Part shown: in pieces, positions 22,520-31,873 of the stretch
Layout: every line of letters begins with the position of its first letter
How positions within the stretch are numbered: position 1 is the stretch's first letter
Notes under the pieces: generated by a model
The model's database searches: none
Seen by the model: the letters and a program-made list of their open reading frames with translations, nothing else
What the model was told of the DNA's origin: nothing
Position numbers and translations under genes: made by a program
NCBI GenBank assembly: GCA_021825655.1
Contig: JAKAGU010000006.1
Coordinates: 1 to 55,081 of the forward strand
Reading direction: 5' to 3'
DNA: 55,081 bases
From: a bacterium
GTDB lineage: Bacteria > Patescibacteriota > Doudnabacteria > UBA920

Positions 22520-24991
22520 ATGGCGAAACCAAAGTCCGAAAAATTCATTTTGTGGTTCAACGAAATCTCCAAAGGCGACGTTAACCTGGTTGGCGGCAAG
22601 AACGCCAACTTGGGCGAAATGTTCCAGAATCTGACCCAGGCGCAAAACAAAACTTTTCCCAAAGAAAAAATCCAAGTGCCCTACGGCTTTTCGGTTACCT
22701 CCGCCGCTTACCGCTATTTTATCAAAGCCAATGCCTTGGACGCCCAGATTAGGAGAATTTTGAAGGATTTGGACACGAAGGATATCCGCCAGCTGGAGGA
22801 GAAAGGCCAGGCCGTGCGCCAGGCGATTTTGCAGGCAGTCTTTCCGGAAGATTTACAGAAAGAAATTTATGCGGCTTATGACCAGTTGGCCAAGGAATTG
22901 AAATTGCCGGTCGCCACGTTGGATGTGGCCGTCCGGTCATCGGCCACGGCCGAGGATTTGGCCGACGCCTCTTTTGCCGGCCAGCAGGAATCGTACTTGA
23001 ATATCCGGGGCCAGTACCAGTTGACCGAAGCCATAAAGAAGTGTTTTGCTTCGCTCTTTACCAACCGGGCGATCTCTTACCGCGTGGACCAGAAATTCGA
23101 CCATTTTAAGGTAGCGCTGTCCGCTGCCGTGCAGAAAATGGTCCGCTCCGACCGCGGCGCCAGCGGCGTCATGTTCACCCTGGACACGGAAAGCGGCTTT
23201 AAGGAAATGGTGCTGATTAACGGGTCCTGGGGCTTGGGCGAGTACGTGGTGAAAGGCATTGTGACCCCGGATGAATACAAGGTATTCAAGCCGACTTTAA
23301 GAAAAGGCTATGATGCCATTATTAGCAAACGGCTGGGCAGCAAAGAAAAAAAACTCATTTATTCCAGCGAAGGCATGAGCCCGACCAAGGATGCCGCGGT
23401 GGTGGAAGCGGATAGGCACCGGTATGTGCTAACCGACAGCCAGGTGTTGCGCTTGGCCAAGTGGGGAACGATTATTGAAGAGCATTACGGCCGGCCTATG
23501 GATATTGAGTGGGCTTTCGATGGCGAAACCAAGGAGCTTTACATTGTACAAGCCAGGCCGGAGACGGTGCAGGCCCGCAAGGATATAAACGTTCTGGAAG
23601 AATATGTACTGCTGGAAAAAGGCAAGGTACTGTGCCAGGGCGCTTCCGTGGGGGCGAAAATCGGTTCGGGCAAAGCTCACTTTATTAAGGACGCTTCCCA
23701 GATTTCGGAATTTAAAACCGGGGAAGTTTTAGTGACGGAAATTACCGACCCCGACTGGGAGCCGATTATGAAAATGGCCAGTGCGATTGTGACGAATGCG
23801 GGCGGTAGGACGAGCCATGCCGCGATTGTTTCGCGCGAATTGGGTATTCCCGCGGTCGTGGGCTGCGGCAACGCCACCAAGGCTATTAGGTCTGGCCAGA
23901 ACGTGACCGTGTCCTGCGCCGAGGGCGAGGCGGGAAAAATTTATGACGGCCTGCTCAAGTTCAAGGTGGAGAAGCATGACTTAACCAACTTTGATCCGCC
24001 CAAGACCCAGATTAAAATGATTGTGGCCGACCCGGAACTGGCATTCGGCTATTCCTTTATTCCTAACCAGGGCGTGGGTTTGGCGCGGGAAGAGTTTATT
24101 ATTTCCAATTTCATCAAAATTCACCCCAACGCGCTGATTGATTACGAAAAGCTAGAGGACGAGCATGTTAAAAAACAGATTGACGAATTGACAGCGGGCT
24201 ATGCGGACAAGCTGGAGTATTACGTGGAGAAATTGTCCTATGGCATTGCCATGCTGGCCGCGGCCTTTTATCCCCGGGAAGTGATTTTGCGTTTCTCGGA
24301 TTTCAAGAGCAATGAGTACGCCAACTTGATTGGCGGCCGTTTGTATGAACCGGAAGAGGAAAACCCCATGATTGGCTGGCGCGGGGCCAGCCGCTACTAT
24401 GACCCCAATTTTGAAAGAGCTTTTGCCTTGGAGTGTATGGCAGTAAAGCGCGTCCGGGAAGAGATGGGCTTGTGGAATCTAAAGACCATGATCCCGTTCT
24501 GCCGCACTCCGGAAGAAGGAAAAAAAGTTTTGGAGATTATGAAGCGCTGCGGCTTGGACAATCTGGCCAAAGGCAAGAAAAAGCTGAAAACCGACGACCA
24601 CGGTCTGAGCGAGGAGCTGGAAGTTTGGTGCATGGCGGAGATTCCGTCCAATATTTTGCAGGTGGAAGAATTTGGCGCTTTGTTTGACGGCTTTTCCATT
24701 GGCTCTAACGACTTAACCCAGTTGACTTTGGGTATGGACCGCGACGGCAAACTGGTGGCGCATATTGCCAATGAAAAAAGCCCCTCAGTGAAAAAACTCA
24801 TCCATATACTCATCCAGGAATCCCACAAGATGGGGCTTAAGGTTGGTATTTGCGGCCAGGGCCCTTCGGATTTTCCCGATTTTGCGGAATTTCTGGTGCG
24901 CGAAGGTATTGACTCCATTTCTTTAAACCCGGATACCGTGCTTAAGGCCACGGTCAACATCAAGCGCGTGGAAAAAGCCATTGGCAAGTAA
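22520..24991 (+). CDS. ppsA: Phosphoenolpyruvate synthase (pyruvate, water dikinase)
   Basis: VGGKNANLGEM, VRSSATAED, FAGQQES, GGRTSHAAIVSRELG phospho-His motif, FSIGSNDLTQ, ICGQGPSD. Confidence 0.98.
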   Translation: MAKPKSEKFILWFNEISKGDVNLVGGKNANLGEMFQNLTQAQNKTFPKEKIQVPYGFSVTSAAYRYFIKANALDAQIRRILKDLDTKDIRQLEEKGQAVRQAILQAVFPEDLQKEIYAAYDQLAKELKLPVATLDVAVRSSATAEDLADASFAGQQESYLNIRGQYQLTEAIKKCFASLFTNRAISYRVDQKFDHFKVALSAAVQKMVRSDRGASGVMFTLDTESGFKEMVLINGSWGLGEYVVKGIVTPDEYKVFKPTLRKGYDAIISKRLGSKEKKLIYSSEGMSPTKDAAVVEADRHRYVLTDSQVLRLAKWGTIIEEHYGRPMDIEWAFDGETKELYIVQARPETVQARKDINVLEEYVLLEKGKVLCQGASVGAKIGSGKAHFIKDASQISEFKTGEVLVTEITDPDWEPIMKMASAIVTNAGGRTSHAAIVSRELGIPAVVGCGNATKAIRSGQNVTVSCAEGEAGKIYDGLLKFKVEKHDLTNFDPPKTQIKMIVADPELAFGYSFIPNQGVGLAREEFIISNFIKIHPNALIDYEKLEDEHVKKQIDELTAGYADKLEYYVEKLSYGIAMLAAAFYPREVILRFSDFKSNEYANLIGGRLYEPEEENPMIGWRGASRYYDPNFERAFALECMAVKRVREEMGLWNLKTMIPFCRTPEEGKKVLEIMKRCGLDNLAKGKKKLKTDDHGLSEELEVWCMAEIPSNILQVEEFGALFDGFSIGSNDLTQLTLGMDRDGKLVAHIANEKSPSVKKLIHILIQESHKMGLKVGICGQGPSDFPDFAEFLVREGIDSISLNPDTVLKATVNIKRVEKAIGK

Positions 24992-25000
24992 GTGCCAATA

Positions 25001-25033
25001 ATAAAAACCCCGAGCGTTAACTCGGGGTTTTTA
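25001..25033. terminator. Bidirectional terminator
   Basis: ATAAAAACCCCGAG-CGTTAA-CTCGGGGTTTTTAT between ppsA and tRNA-Ser. Confidence 0.8.
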
Positions 25034-25123
25034 TGGCGGAGAGAGGGGGATTCGAACCCCCGAAGCCTTTGACAGCTTACTCGCTTTCCAAGCGAGCGCA
25101 CTCGACCACTATGCGATCTCTCC
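25034..25123 (-). tRNA. tRNA-Ser (GGA)
   Basis: Reverse complement GGAGAGA...CTCGC-TTGGAAA-GCGAG, long variable arm, GGGGG-TTCGAAT-CCCCC, TCTCTCC-G-CCA. Confidence 0.97.
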
Positions 25124-25244
25124 GTAAAAAATTTACCTACATATTTTACCATTAAACCCCAGTTTTGTCGAGGTTGCGGCTACCCGAGTTTACAGCTAAA
25201 ATTAAGGTAAGAAACCCTGTTTTTGCAGGCGTCTGAAAGAAAAT

Positions 25245-27011
25245 ATGGCCGATTCTGTATTACAAGACATCAAGGACCGTTTAAATATCGCTGAGGTGAT
25301 TGGCGGTTACATTCAGGTAAGAAAGGCCGGCGCGGCTTTTAAGGCGTTGTGCCCCTTTCACCATGAAAAGACGCCTTCCATGCAAATCTCCCCGCAAAAG
25401 CAGATTTGGCATTGTTTCGGCTGCGGCGAAGGCGGAGATGTCATCAGTTTTGTCCAAAAATACGAAAATCTGGAATTCCGCGAAGCTTTAAAACTACTCG
25501 CTGACCGGGCCGGTGTTCAACTGCCGGACTATCGGCCGCAGAACCAGGAGCAGGAAAACGAAAAAGACGTTCTTTTTAGAATTAATGATTTTGCCGCCCG
25601 GTTTTACCACCAAATTTTAACCTCAGATGCCAGGGGTAAAGAAGCGCTGGAATATTTGTCCAAAAGGGGCTTAAGCAAGGAGACGATTAATAAATGGCAG
25701 ATTGGTTTTGCCCCGGACGATTTTCATTCCTTGGAACAGGCTCTGGCCAGCAAAAAAGTCAGGTTGTCGGACATGGTAAAAGCCGGGGTTTCCACCAAGA
25801 ACGAACGGGGCCAGGTTTATGACCGCTTCCGGGGCCGGATTACTTTTCCAATTTTTGACCTTTCTAACCGCTGCTTAGGTTTTTCCGCCCGCATCTTGAA
25901 GGATGACGGTAAATCGGCAAAATACGTCAATTCGCCGGAAACCCTGATTTACAATAAGGGCCGCATTCTTTTTGGCTTAAATTTTGCCAAAGCCGCAGCC
26001 AGGCGGAGCGAGGAAATAGTCGTGGTTGAAGGCCAGATGGACTGTATTTCCGCCCACCAAGCGGGGATTGCCAATGTGGTGGCTTCCAGCGGTACGGCTT
26101 TGACCGAAGCTCAGCTGGATTTATTGGCGCGGTTTACCCGGAATTTAAAATTTTGTTTTGATGCGGATGCGGCCGGATTAAAGGCTACCCGCCGGGCCAT
26201 TGAGACTTACCTGGGCCGGGAGTTTACAGTCAGGATTGTGGACCTAAAAGGAGCCAAGGACCCGGACGAGCTTTTAAAGCAGGGCGCGGAAAAATTTTCA
26301 GAATTGGTGAAAGAAGCACCTCTGTTTTTGGATTACTATTTGGCCAAAGCCCTGGAAAACTACGAGGCTAAGTCGGTTGAGCAAAAAAAAGAGGTGGTGC
26401 GCGATATTTTGCCTTTGGTTAAAGCGCTGACTGATCCGGTGGAGCAGGACCATTATGTACAGGAGCTGGCGAAAAAATTGGGTGCTTCGGAAAAAGCCGT
26501 GCGCCAAAGCCTGATGGCGCTTAAGGCGCCGTCCGCCGGTCCGGCTGTCCGGCAGCCTTCAAAACAGGCCGCGCCCAAGCTTCAGGTTACGCGGAGCGGG
26601 CTTGAAAAGGAAGTTTTCGGCGGTTTGCTGACTTATTCGGATTTCGCCGCCATTGTGAAGGCCAAGTCAGTGCCGGAGGAATTTGAAAACCCGGAAATTC
26701 GGCAGGCGCTGGGAGAGTTTTTTAAAGCCGGTGCCAACGGCATAGATAAAAGCCTTTCCATAGCCAAGGAAGCGCTTTTTATGGTAGAATCTTTAGTAGA
26801 AAACACCCAAAATAACACTGAGGCCGTGGAGAGACAGTTGTTTAAGTCTTTTGCCCTTTGGAAGGTCGCCGTTATCAGGCAGCGCCTGCTGCGCCTGCAG
26901 CAGGATTTAAAATTTGCCGAAAACTCCCGCGACAAGCAGAAAGTTTCAGAGCTACAGACAAAAATTTTGGAGTTGACCCATTTAAGAATGGAATTTGAAG
27001 CTAATATTTAA
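25245..27011 (+). CDS. dnaG: DNA primase
   Basis: CHC2 Zn finger CPFHHEKTPS..HCFGC, DRFRGRITFP, KYVNSPET, TOPRIM VVEGQMD, FDADAAG, KDPDE. Confidence 0.98.
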   Translation: MADSVLQDIKDRLNIAEVIGGYIQVRKAGAAFKALCPFHHEKTPSMQISPQKQIWHCFGCGEGGDVISFVQKYENLEFREALKLLADRAGVQLPDYRPQNQEQENEKDVLFRINDFAARFYHQILTSDARGKEALEYLSKRGLSKETINKWQIGFAPDDFHSLEQALASKKVRLSDMVKAGVSTKNERGQVYDRFRGRITFPIFDLSNRCLGFSARILKDDGKSAKYVNSPETLIYNKGRILFGLNFAKAAARRSEEIVVVEGQMDCISAHQAGIANVVASSGTALTEAQLDLLARFTRNLKFCFDADAAGLKATRRAIETYLGREFTVRIVDLKGAKDPDELLKQGAEKFSELVKEAPLFLDYYLAKALENYEAKSVEQKKEVVRDILPLVKALTDPVEQDHYVQELAKKLGASEKAVRQSLMALKAPSAGPAVRQPSKQAAPKLQVTRSGLEKEVFGGLLTYSDFAAIVKAKSVPEEFENPEIRQALGEFFKAGANGIDKSLSIAKEALFMVESLVENTQNNTEAVERQLFKSFALWKVAVIRQRLLRLQQDLKFAENSRDKQKVSELQTKILELTHLRMEFEANI

Positions 27012-27032
27012 TTTTAAGCCCATAGGCCAGCC

Positions 27033-28310
27033 ATGAAAAAGAAGAAAGTTTTAAAACCCCGCAAGCCGGAAAAGAAAAAAGCCAAAAAACCGGCCAAATC
27101 GGCCAAGGTTAAAGCTAAGCCCAAGACGAAACCGGTTAAGAAGGCAAAAAATTTGGCCAAGCCTGTGCAGTTAAGCCAGGCTGGTTTGGAGTTGACTGAA
27201 AAGGTTTTAAAGCAGCTGCTGGTGAAGGGCGCGGAGCGCAGCTTTGTAACTGAAGCGGAGATAATTCACGCTTTGCCCCAGTTCGAGGACGATATCCAGG
27301 TTCTGGAGAAGGTCATGGATGACCTGGAAAAGCGGGGTATTGAAATCGTGGACCAGGAAGTAGCCAGCATTTGGGAACAGGGCAAAAAGCCGGAAGAGGA
27401 AGGCGCGGAAGAAGTTAAGAGCGGCAAAGGCAAGAAGAAAAAGAAGCAGGAAGAAATGGTGGAGGCTTTTGACTTGGGCGATATTTACGACGATTCCATT
27501 CAGATGTACTTGCGGGAAATTGGCAAAGTGCCGCTGCTCACCGGCGAAGAGGAAATTAGCCTGGCCCAGCGCATTGGCAAGGGCGATGCGGCGGCCCGCA
27601 AAAAACTCACCGAAGCCAACCTGCGGCTGGTGGTTTCCATTGCCAAAAAGTATATGGGCAGGAATTTGGGACTCTTGGATTTAATCCAGGAAGGCAACTT
27701 GGGGCTGTTTAGGGCCGTGGAAAAGTTTGATTGGACCAAAGGCTACAAGTTTTCGACATACGCCACTTGGTGGATTCGCCAGGCCATTACCCGCGCTTTG
27801 GCTGACCAATCCCGGACCATCCGCATTCCCGTGCACATGGTGGAAACCCTGAACAAATACGCCCAAGCCGAGCGGCAGCTGGTGCAGGACTTGGGCCGCG
27901 AGCCTTTGCCTGAAGAGATTGCCGCGGAAATGGGGATTGAAGTGGAAAAGGTTTACCACTTAAAGAAGATTTCCCAGGAAACCGTTTCCATTGATTCCCC
28001 GGTGGGCGAGGATGAGGGTGAAGATTCCTCTTTGGGCGATTTTATCGTGGACGAAGACACCACCAAGCCCAACGAGGTGGCGGGTCGGCAGATTTTGAAA
28101 GAATACGTGGGCGGCATCCTTCAGGACTTGGACCCGCGGGAACAGAAAATTTTAAAAATGCGTTTTGGCCTGGAGGATGGGGTAACCCATACCCTGGAAG
28201 AAGTGGGTGAAGAGTTCGGTGTTACGCGCGAACGCATCCGCCAGATTGAAAGCAAGGCTCTGGAAAAGATCCGCGAGCACGTGGACATCGACAAGCTGCG
28301 GGATTACTAA
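27033..28310 (+). CDS. rpoD: Primary RNA polymerase sigma factor (sigma70)
   Basis: [69 protein letters not shown]. Confidence 0.98.
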   Translation: MKKKKVLKPRKPEKKKAKKPAKSAKVKAKPKTKPVKKAKNLAKPVQLSQAGLELTEKVLKQLLVKGAERSFVTEAEIIHALPQFEDDIQVLEKVMDDLEKRGIEIVDQEVASIWEQGKKPEEEGAEEVKSGKGKKKKKQEEMVEAFDLGDIYDDSIQMYLREIGKVPLLTGEEEISLAQRIGKGDAAARKKLTEANLRLVVSIAKKYMGRNLGLLDLIQEGNLGLFRAVEKFDWTKGYKFSTYATWWIRQAITRALADQSRTIRIPVHMVETLNKYAQAERQLVQDLGREPLPEEIAAEMGIEVEKVYHLKKISQETVSIDSPVGEDEGEDSSLGDFIVDEDTTKPNEVAGRQILKEYVGGILQDLDPREQKILKMRFGLEDGVTHTLEEVGEEFGVTRERIRQIESKALEKIREHVDIDKLRDY

Positions 28311-28377
28311 ATTCCGCTTGTCTGGCCAGCAGCCGATAAAATATGGCCTAATAAAAAAATCCAAATTTTTGCACTCT

Positions 28378-28407
28378 AAAATCCGCCTTGCTTAAGGCGG
28401 ATTTTTT
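28378..28407 (+). terminator. rpoD terminator
   Basis: AAAATCCGCCTT-GCTT-AAGGCGGATTTT followed by T. Confidence 0.8.
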
Positions 28408-28411
28408 GGGC

Positions 28412-28439
28412 TTGACTGCCAATTTTACGGGCGTAGAAT
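28412..28439 (+). promoter_or_regulatory. Sigma70 promoter driving the intergenic RNA
   Basis: TTGACT (28412-17), 16 nt spacer, TAGAAT (28434-39). Confidence 0.6.
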
Positions 28440-28444
28440 TAAAG

Positions 28445-28635
28445 TAGAAAGGAAAGCAATAGATGCATAAACAGGTAACGAGTCTGGGCTAGTTTTTCTT
28501 CGCACGTTTAGCGAAAAGCCTCCAGGCGCTTAAGCCTATAACTAGATATTGCATCTAGAAAAAGAAATCGCAAATATGGGGAAAACTAGCCCGAAATAAA
28601 CCCCGACGATCCATATGAGGACGCCGGGGTTTATT
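28445..28635 (+). ncRNA. Candidate structured ncRNA (~190 nt; 6S-like size, family unassigned)
   Basis: Bounded by a promoter and an AATAAACCCCG/CGGGGTTTATT hairpin; long stem 28486-28514/28568-28592 closing a multi-hairpin interior. Confidence 0.5.
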
Positions 28636-28646
28636 CATGGTTGACA

Positions 28647-28680
28647 AATATATTGATGTATGTAAATATATCAATATATT
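28647..28680. promoter_or_regulatory. Inverted repeat over promoter, candidate ArsR operator
   Basis: AATATATTGAT-N12-ATCAATATATT directly after TTGACA (28641-46), upstream of the ArsR gene. Confidence 0.6.
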
Positions 28681-28695
28681 AATTCTAATTGGCAT

Positions 28696-28956
28696 ATGAG
28701 CGAAGCTTTTAAGCTATTTAAAGCCCTGGCGGACAAGACCCGCTTGGAAATTGCGGTCTATTTGGCCAAAAAAGGGGAAGTATCGTGCAAGGAATTGTCC
28801 AAAAAATTCCAGCTTTCTCAGCCCACGCTCTCCCATCATTTTGGCAAGCTGGAAGATGCGGGGGTGATTTTCGTGGAAAAGCGGGGGGTGACAAACTATT
28901 ACCGGATAAACAAAGTTTTTTTAAAGTCTAACGGACTGGATCTCAAAAAGATTTAA
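28696..28956 (+). CDS. ArsR/SmtB-family regulator
   Basis: FKALADKTRLEI...VSCKEL....LSQPTLSHHFGKLEDAGVI...KRG...YYRIN. Confidence 0.9.
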   Translation: MSEAFKLFKALADKTRLEIAVYLAKKGEVSCKELSKKFQLSQPTLSHHFGKLEDAGVIFVEKRGVTNYYRINKVFLKSNGLDLKKI

Positions 28957-28972
28957 GCAAGAAAGGAATACA

Positions 28973-29587
28973 ATGAAGGATTATAAGCAAGTGGCTACAG
29001 ATGCGGCGATTGACGAAGCCGCAAAACATTTGGCAGAACATAATTTTGAAACTTTTGTGGTTGCCACCAAAGAAGAAGCTAAGGCTAAGGTGTTGGAACT
29101 AATCCCCAAAGGGGCTGAGGTGATGACAATGACTTCCGTTACTTTGGAGGAAACCGGCCTGGCCCAGGCGATTAATGAAAGCGGCGAGTATGAAGCCGTG
29201 AAGCCCAAACTAATGGCTATGGACCGGGCGACTCAAGGTAGGGAAATGCAGAAGCTGGGCGCCGCCGCTCAGGTGTCGATAGGCAGTGTGCATGCCGTGA
29301 CCGAAGACGGCAAGGTGCTGATTGCTTCCAATAGCGGCAGCCAGCTGCCCGGGTATGCTTACGGTTCGGATTTGGTGATTTGGGTGGTGGGCGCCCAGAA
29401 AATCGTGGAGAATACCGATGCGGGCATCCGCCGGATTTATGACTACGTATTGCCTTTAGAAAGCGAACGGGCCCATAAGGCCTATGGCGTGCCGGGCAGT
29501 TTTGTAAGCAAGTTGCTAATTTACAACAAGGAACCTAATCCTAAGCGCATAAAGATAGTTATGGTCAAAGAAGCTTTGGGTTATTAA
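28973..29587 (+). CDS. LUD-domain (lactate utilization LutC/YkgG-like) protein
   Basis: SVTLEETGL, GSVHAVTEDG, SNSGSQL, VIWVVGAQKIV, VLPLESER. Confidence 0.75.
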   Translation: MKDYKQVATDAAIDEAAKHLAEHNFETFVVATKEEAKAKVLELIPKGAEVMTMTSVTLEETGLAQAINESGEYEAVKPKLMAMDRATQGREMQKLGAAAQVSIGSVHAVTEDGKVLIASNSGSQLPGYAYGSDLVIWVVGAQKIVENTDAGIRRIYDYVLPLESERAHKAYGVPGSFVSKLLIYNKEPNPKRIKIVMVKEALGY

Positions 29588-29617
29588 AAAACTCCCCGCC
29601 ATAGCGGGGAGTTTTTT
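29587..29617. terminator. Bidirectional terminator
   Basis: AAAAACTCCCCGC-CATA-GCGGGGAGTTTTT. Confidence 0.75.
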
Positions 29618-29626
29618 AATAATGGG

Positions 29627-30724
29627 CTATAGACCCAGGAGTACGGCCGCAATCCAGGGGAAAGCGAGGGTGACATCGCTCTGGATGATTTGGTAGTAGC
29701 TTTTTGTGGAAAGCTTGTCCCAGGTAATTTTTTCCTTGCCTCCCGCACCCGAATAGGAACCGTAGGACATGGGTGAGGAACCGATTTCAATAAAACCAGC
29801 CCAGTCCCGGACGTTGTGGTGTTTAAGGTCGTGCTTGATGGATGGTACGACACAGATGGGAAAGTCCGCGGAAATGCCGCCGCCCAGCTGGAGGAAAGCA
29901 ATGGGGTGTTTGGCCGATTCTTTGTTATACCAGTCATACATCAGGTGGAAATATTCCAGGCCGGTTTTCATAATGTTGCCGTCAAGCACAATATCGCCTT
30001 TTTTCTTTAAAGCTCCCTGGTAAGTATAGCTGGCAAAAATATTGCCCATGGTGGAGTCTTCGAAGCCCGGTACCACAATCGGGATGTTTTTTTCAAAAGC
30101 TGCATAGGTCCAGCAGTCGTGGGGATTGGCCTGCTTATCGGGCTTGATCAGTTTTTCCGCAAACAGCCTTCTGAAATATTCATGGGGGAAATACCGCTCG
30201 CCTTTTTTTTGCGCCGTTTGCCACATTTTAAGCAAGTGCGGCTCCATAATGCGCACGCTTTCGTCTTCGGGGAGAAAGGTATCGGTAATGCGCCGGAGGC
30301 CGGCGTCCCTGAGTTCGGCTTCCTGTTCGGGGGTCAGTTCGGTGTAGCGGGGGATATTGGCATAGTGGGAGTGGGCCACGTAGCGGTAATAGCTCTCCTC
30401 GTGGTTGGCGCCAGTGGCAGAAACTAAGTGAACTTTATTTTTGCGGATTAGTTCAGCCAGCATGACGCCGACTTCAAAGGAGCTTAAGGCGCCCGCCAAA
30501 GTGACAACCAGCTTGCCGCCGTTGTCCAGGTGCTGCTTTAGCCACAGGGCGGCTTGCATTGTGGCGCCGCCGTTAATGTGCTTTAAAGTGTTTTCCGCGT
30601 ACCGGCTTATCGGCGCGCCGGTTTTTTTTAGGCTCTCGCTCAGCGTGCCCGTGCTTTTGCGCTGGTCTGGTTCAATCAGCCTGCGCAGGCCAGGGGATAA
30701 TTTTTTGAGTTTTTTACTGTCCAT
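29627..30724 (-). CDS. Deoxyhypusine synthase-like protein
   Basis: TLAGALSS, VSATGANHEE, PIVVPGFEDSTMG, LGGGISADF, GSYSGA...EKITWDK (Lys aligned with the catalytic SWGK), SDVTLAFP. Confidence 0.88.
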   Translation of the reverse strand: MDSKKLKKLSPGLRRLIEPDQRKSTGTLSESLKKTGAPISRYAENTLKHINGGATMQAALWLKQHLDNGGKLVVTLAGALSSFEVGVMLAELIRKNKVHLVSATGANHEESYYRYVAHSHYANIPRYTELTPEQEAELRDAGLRRITDTFLPEDESVRIMEPHLLKMWQTAQKKGERYFPHEYFRRLFAEKLIKPDKQANPHDCWTYAAFEKNIPIVVPGFEDSTMGNIFASYTYQGALKKKGDIVLDGNIMKTGLEYFHLMYDWYNKESAKHPIAFLQLGGGISADFPICVVPSIKHDLKHHNVRDWAGFIEIGSSPMSYGSYSGAGGKEKITWDKLSTKSYYQIIQSDVTLAFPWIAAVLLGL

Positions 30725-30817
30725 CTTAGGAATCCTTTCTTTGTCCGCGAATTCCTATTTTACAGATAGTTCAAGCGGCTTTAATTACGAAATTATTTTA
30801 ACACCCTTCAACAAAAA

Positions 30818-31873
30818 TTAAAATCCCGGTTCTTGCTGGGTCATGCAATGAATGGCGCCGCCGCCGTAAATTATATCACTGCAGTCTATGGCAACCACTT
30901 TTTTATCCGGGAAACAAGACCGCAAAATGCTTAAAGCGTTTTCATCGTTCGGGTCCCGAAAAGTTGCGGCCAGTACCACGGTATTACCAATGTAAAAATT
31001 TGCATAAGAAACCGGGGCTTTTTTCCCGTCATCGTAAGCCATGTGCGGCATGGGTAATTTAACCAGAGTAAAGGGCTGGCCGTTTTGGTCAGCGGCTTTT
31101 TGGAGGAGCCGGTAGTTGGCGTCCAGGATGGGAAAATTCGGGTCTTGGGGGTTGTCTTCGTACGCACAGACAATGGTGGTTGCGTTTACGAATCTCGCCA
31201 ATTCGTCTATGTGGCCGTCGGTGTGGTCGTTGGTTAATCCTTCTTTCAGCCAGATTACTTTTTTTGCACCCAGATAATCGGCCAGGTATTTATCCATCTC
31301 GGTTTTCGACAAATGCGGGTTCCGATTGGGATTTAGCAAGCATTGCTCCGTGGTCAGTACAACACCTTCGCCGTTGGTTTCCACGGCGCCGCCCTCCAAA
31401 ACTATCTCGGGTTCAAACATGCGTTTGCCAATTGCGCCGCGCAGGCCCAAGAAGACCTTGTCGTCTTTGAGCAAATCCGAAAAGTAGGGATCCTCGGCTT
31501 TGCCGTAAGCGTTGTATCCCCATTTGACCCAGGCGAGTTCTTTGGTTTCCGGATTTGAGACAAAAACCGGCCCGTAATCTCTGGTCCACACATCCGCGTA
31601 GTCTGTGGTGTGGAAGGTAATGTTTTCCAAATCGGCCCCGGCATTTTTTAAAAGAGCCTCCACTTTGGCTTGCATGGCCTCGTTTAAAACCAGCAAGTCC
31701 ACTGTTTCGCTGCCTTTTAAAGCCATAATAATCTGGCAGTAGAGCTTTTCAACCACAGCAAGGCGGTTGGGAAAAGTGGTTTTGTCATGGGGCCAAGCCA
31801 GCCAGACTGAAGAATGTTTTTGCCATTCTGCAGGCATGACAAAACCTTGGTTTTTTGGCGTATCCTGGCTCAT
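30818..31873 (-). CDS. aguA: Agmatine deiminase
   Basis: MPAEW, WLAWPH, DVWTRDYGP, LEGGAVETNGEG, DHTDGHIDELARF, SYANFY, GGGAIHCMTQQEP. Confidence 0.95.
   Translation of the reverse strand: MSQDTPKNQGFVMPAEWQKHSSVWLAWPHDKTTFPNRLAVVEKLYCQIIMALKGSETVDLLVLNEAMQAKVEALLKNAGADLENITFHTTDYADVWTRDYGPVFVSNPETKELAWVKWGYNAYGKAEDPYFSDLLKDDKVFLGLRGAIGKRMFEPEIVLEGGAVETNGEGVVLTTEQCLLNPNRNPHLSKTEMDKYLADYLGAKKVIWLKEGLTNDHTDGHIDELARFVNATTIVCAYEDNPQDPNFPILDANYRLLQKAADQNGQPFTLVKLPMPHMAYDDGKKAPVSYANFYIGNTVVLAATFRDPNDENALSILRSCFPDKKVVAIDCSDIIYGGGAIHCMTQQEPGF

Noticed and set aside
28486-28560. c-di-GMP-I riboswitch (AAAGCCTCC resemblance)
   Set aside because: Lacks the GGCAAA-P1-GNRA-GACGCAAA arrangement; only a short word matches
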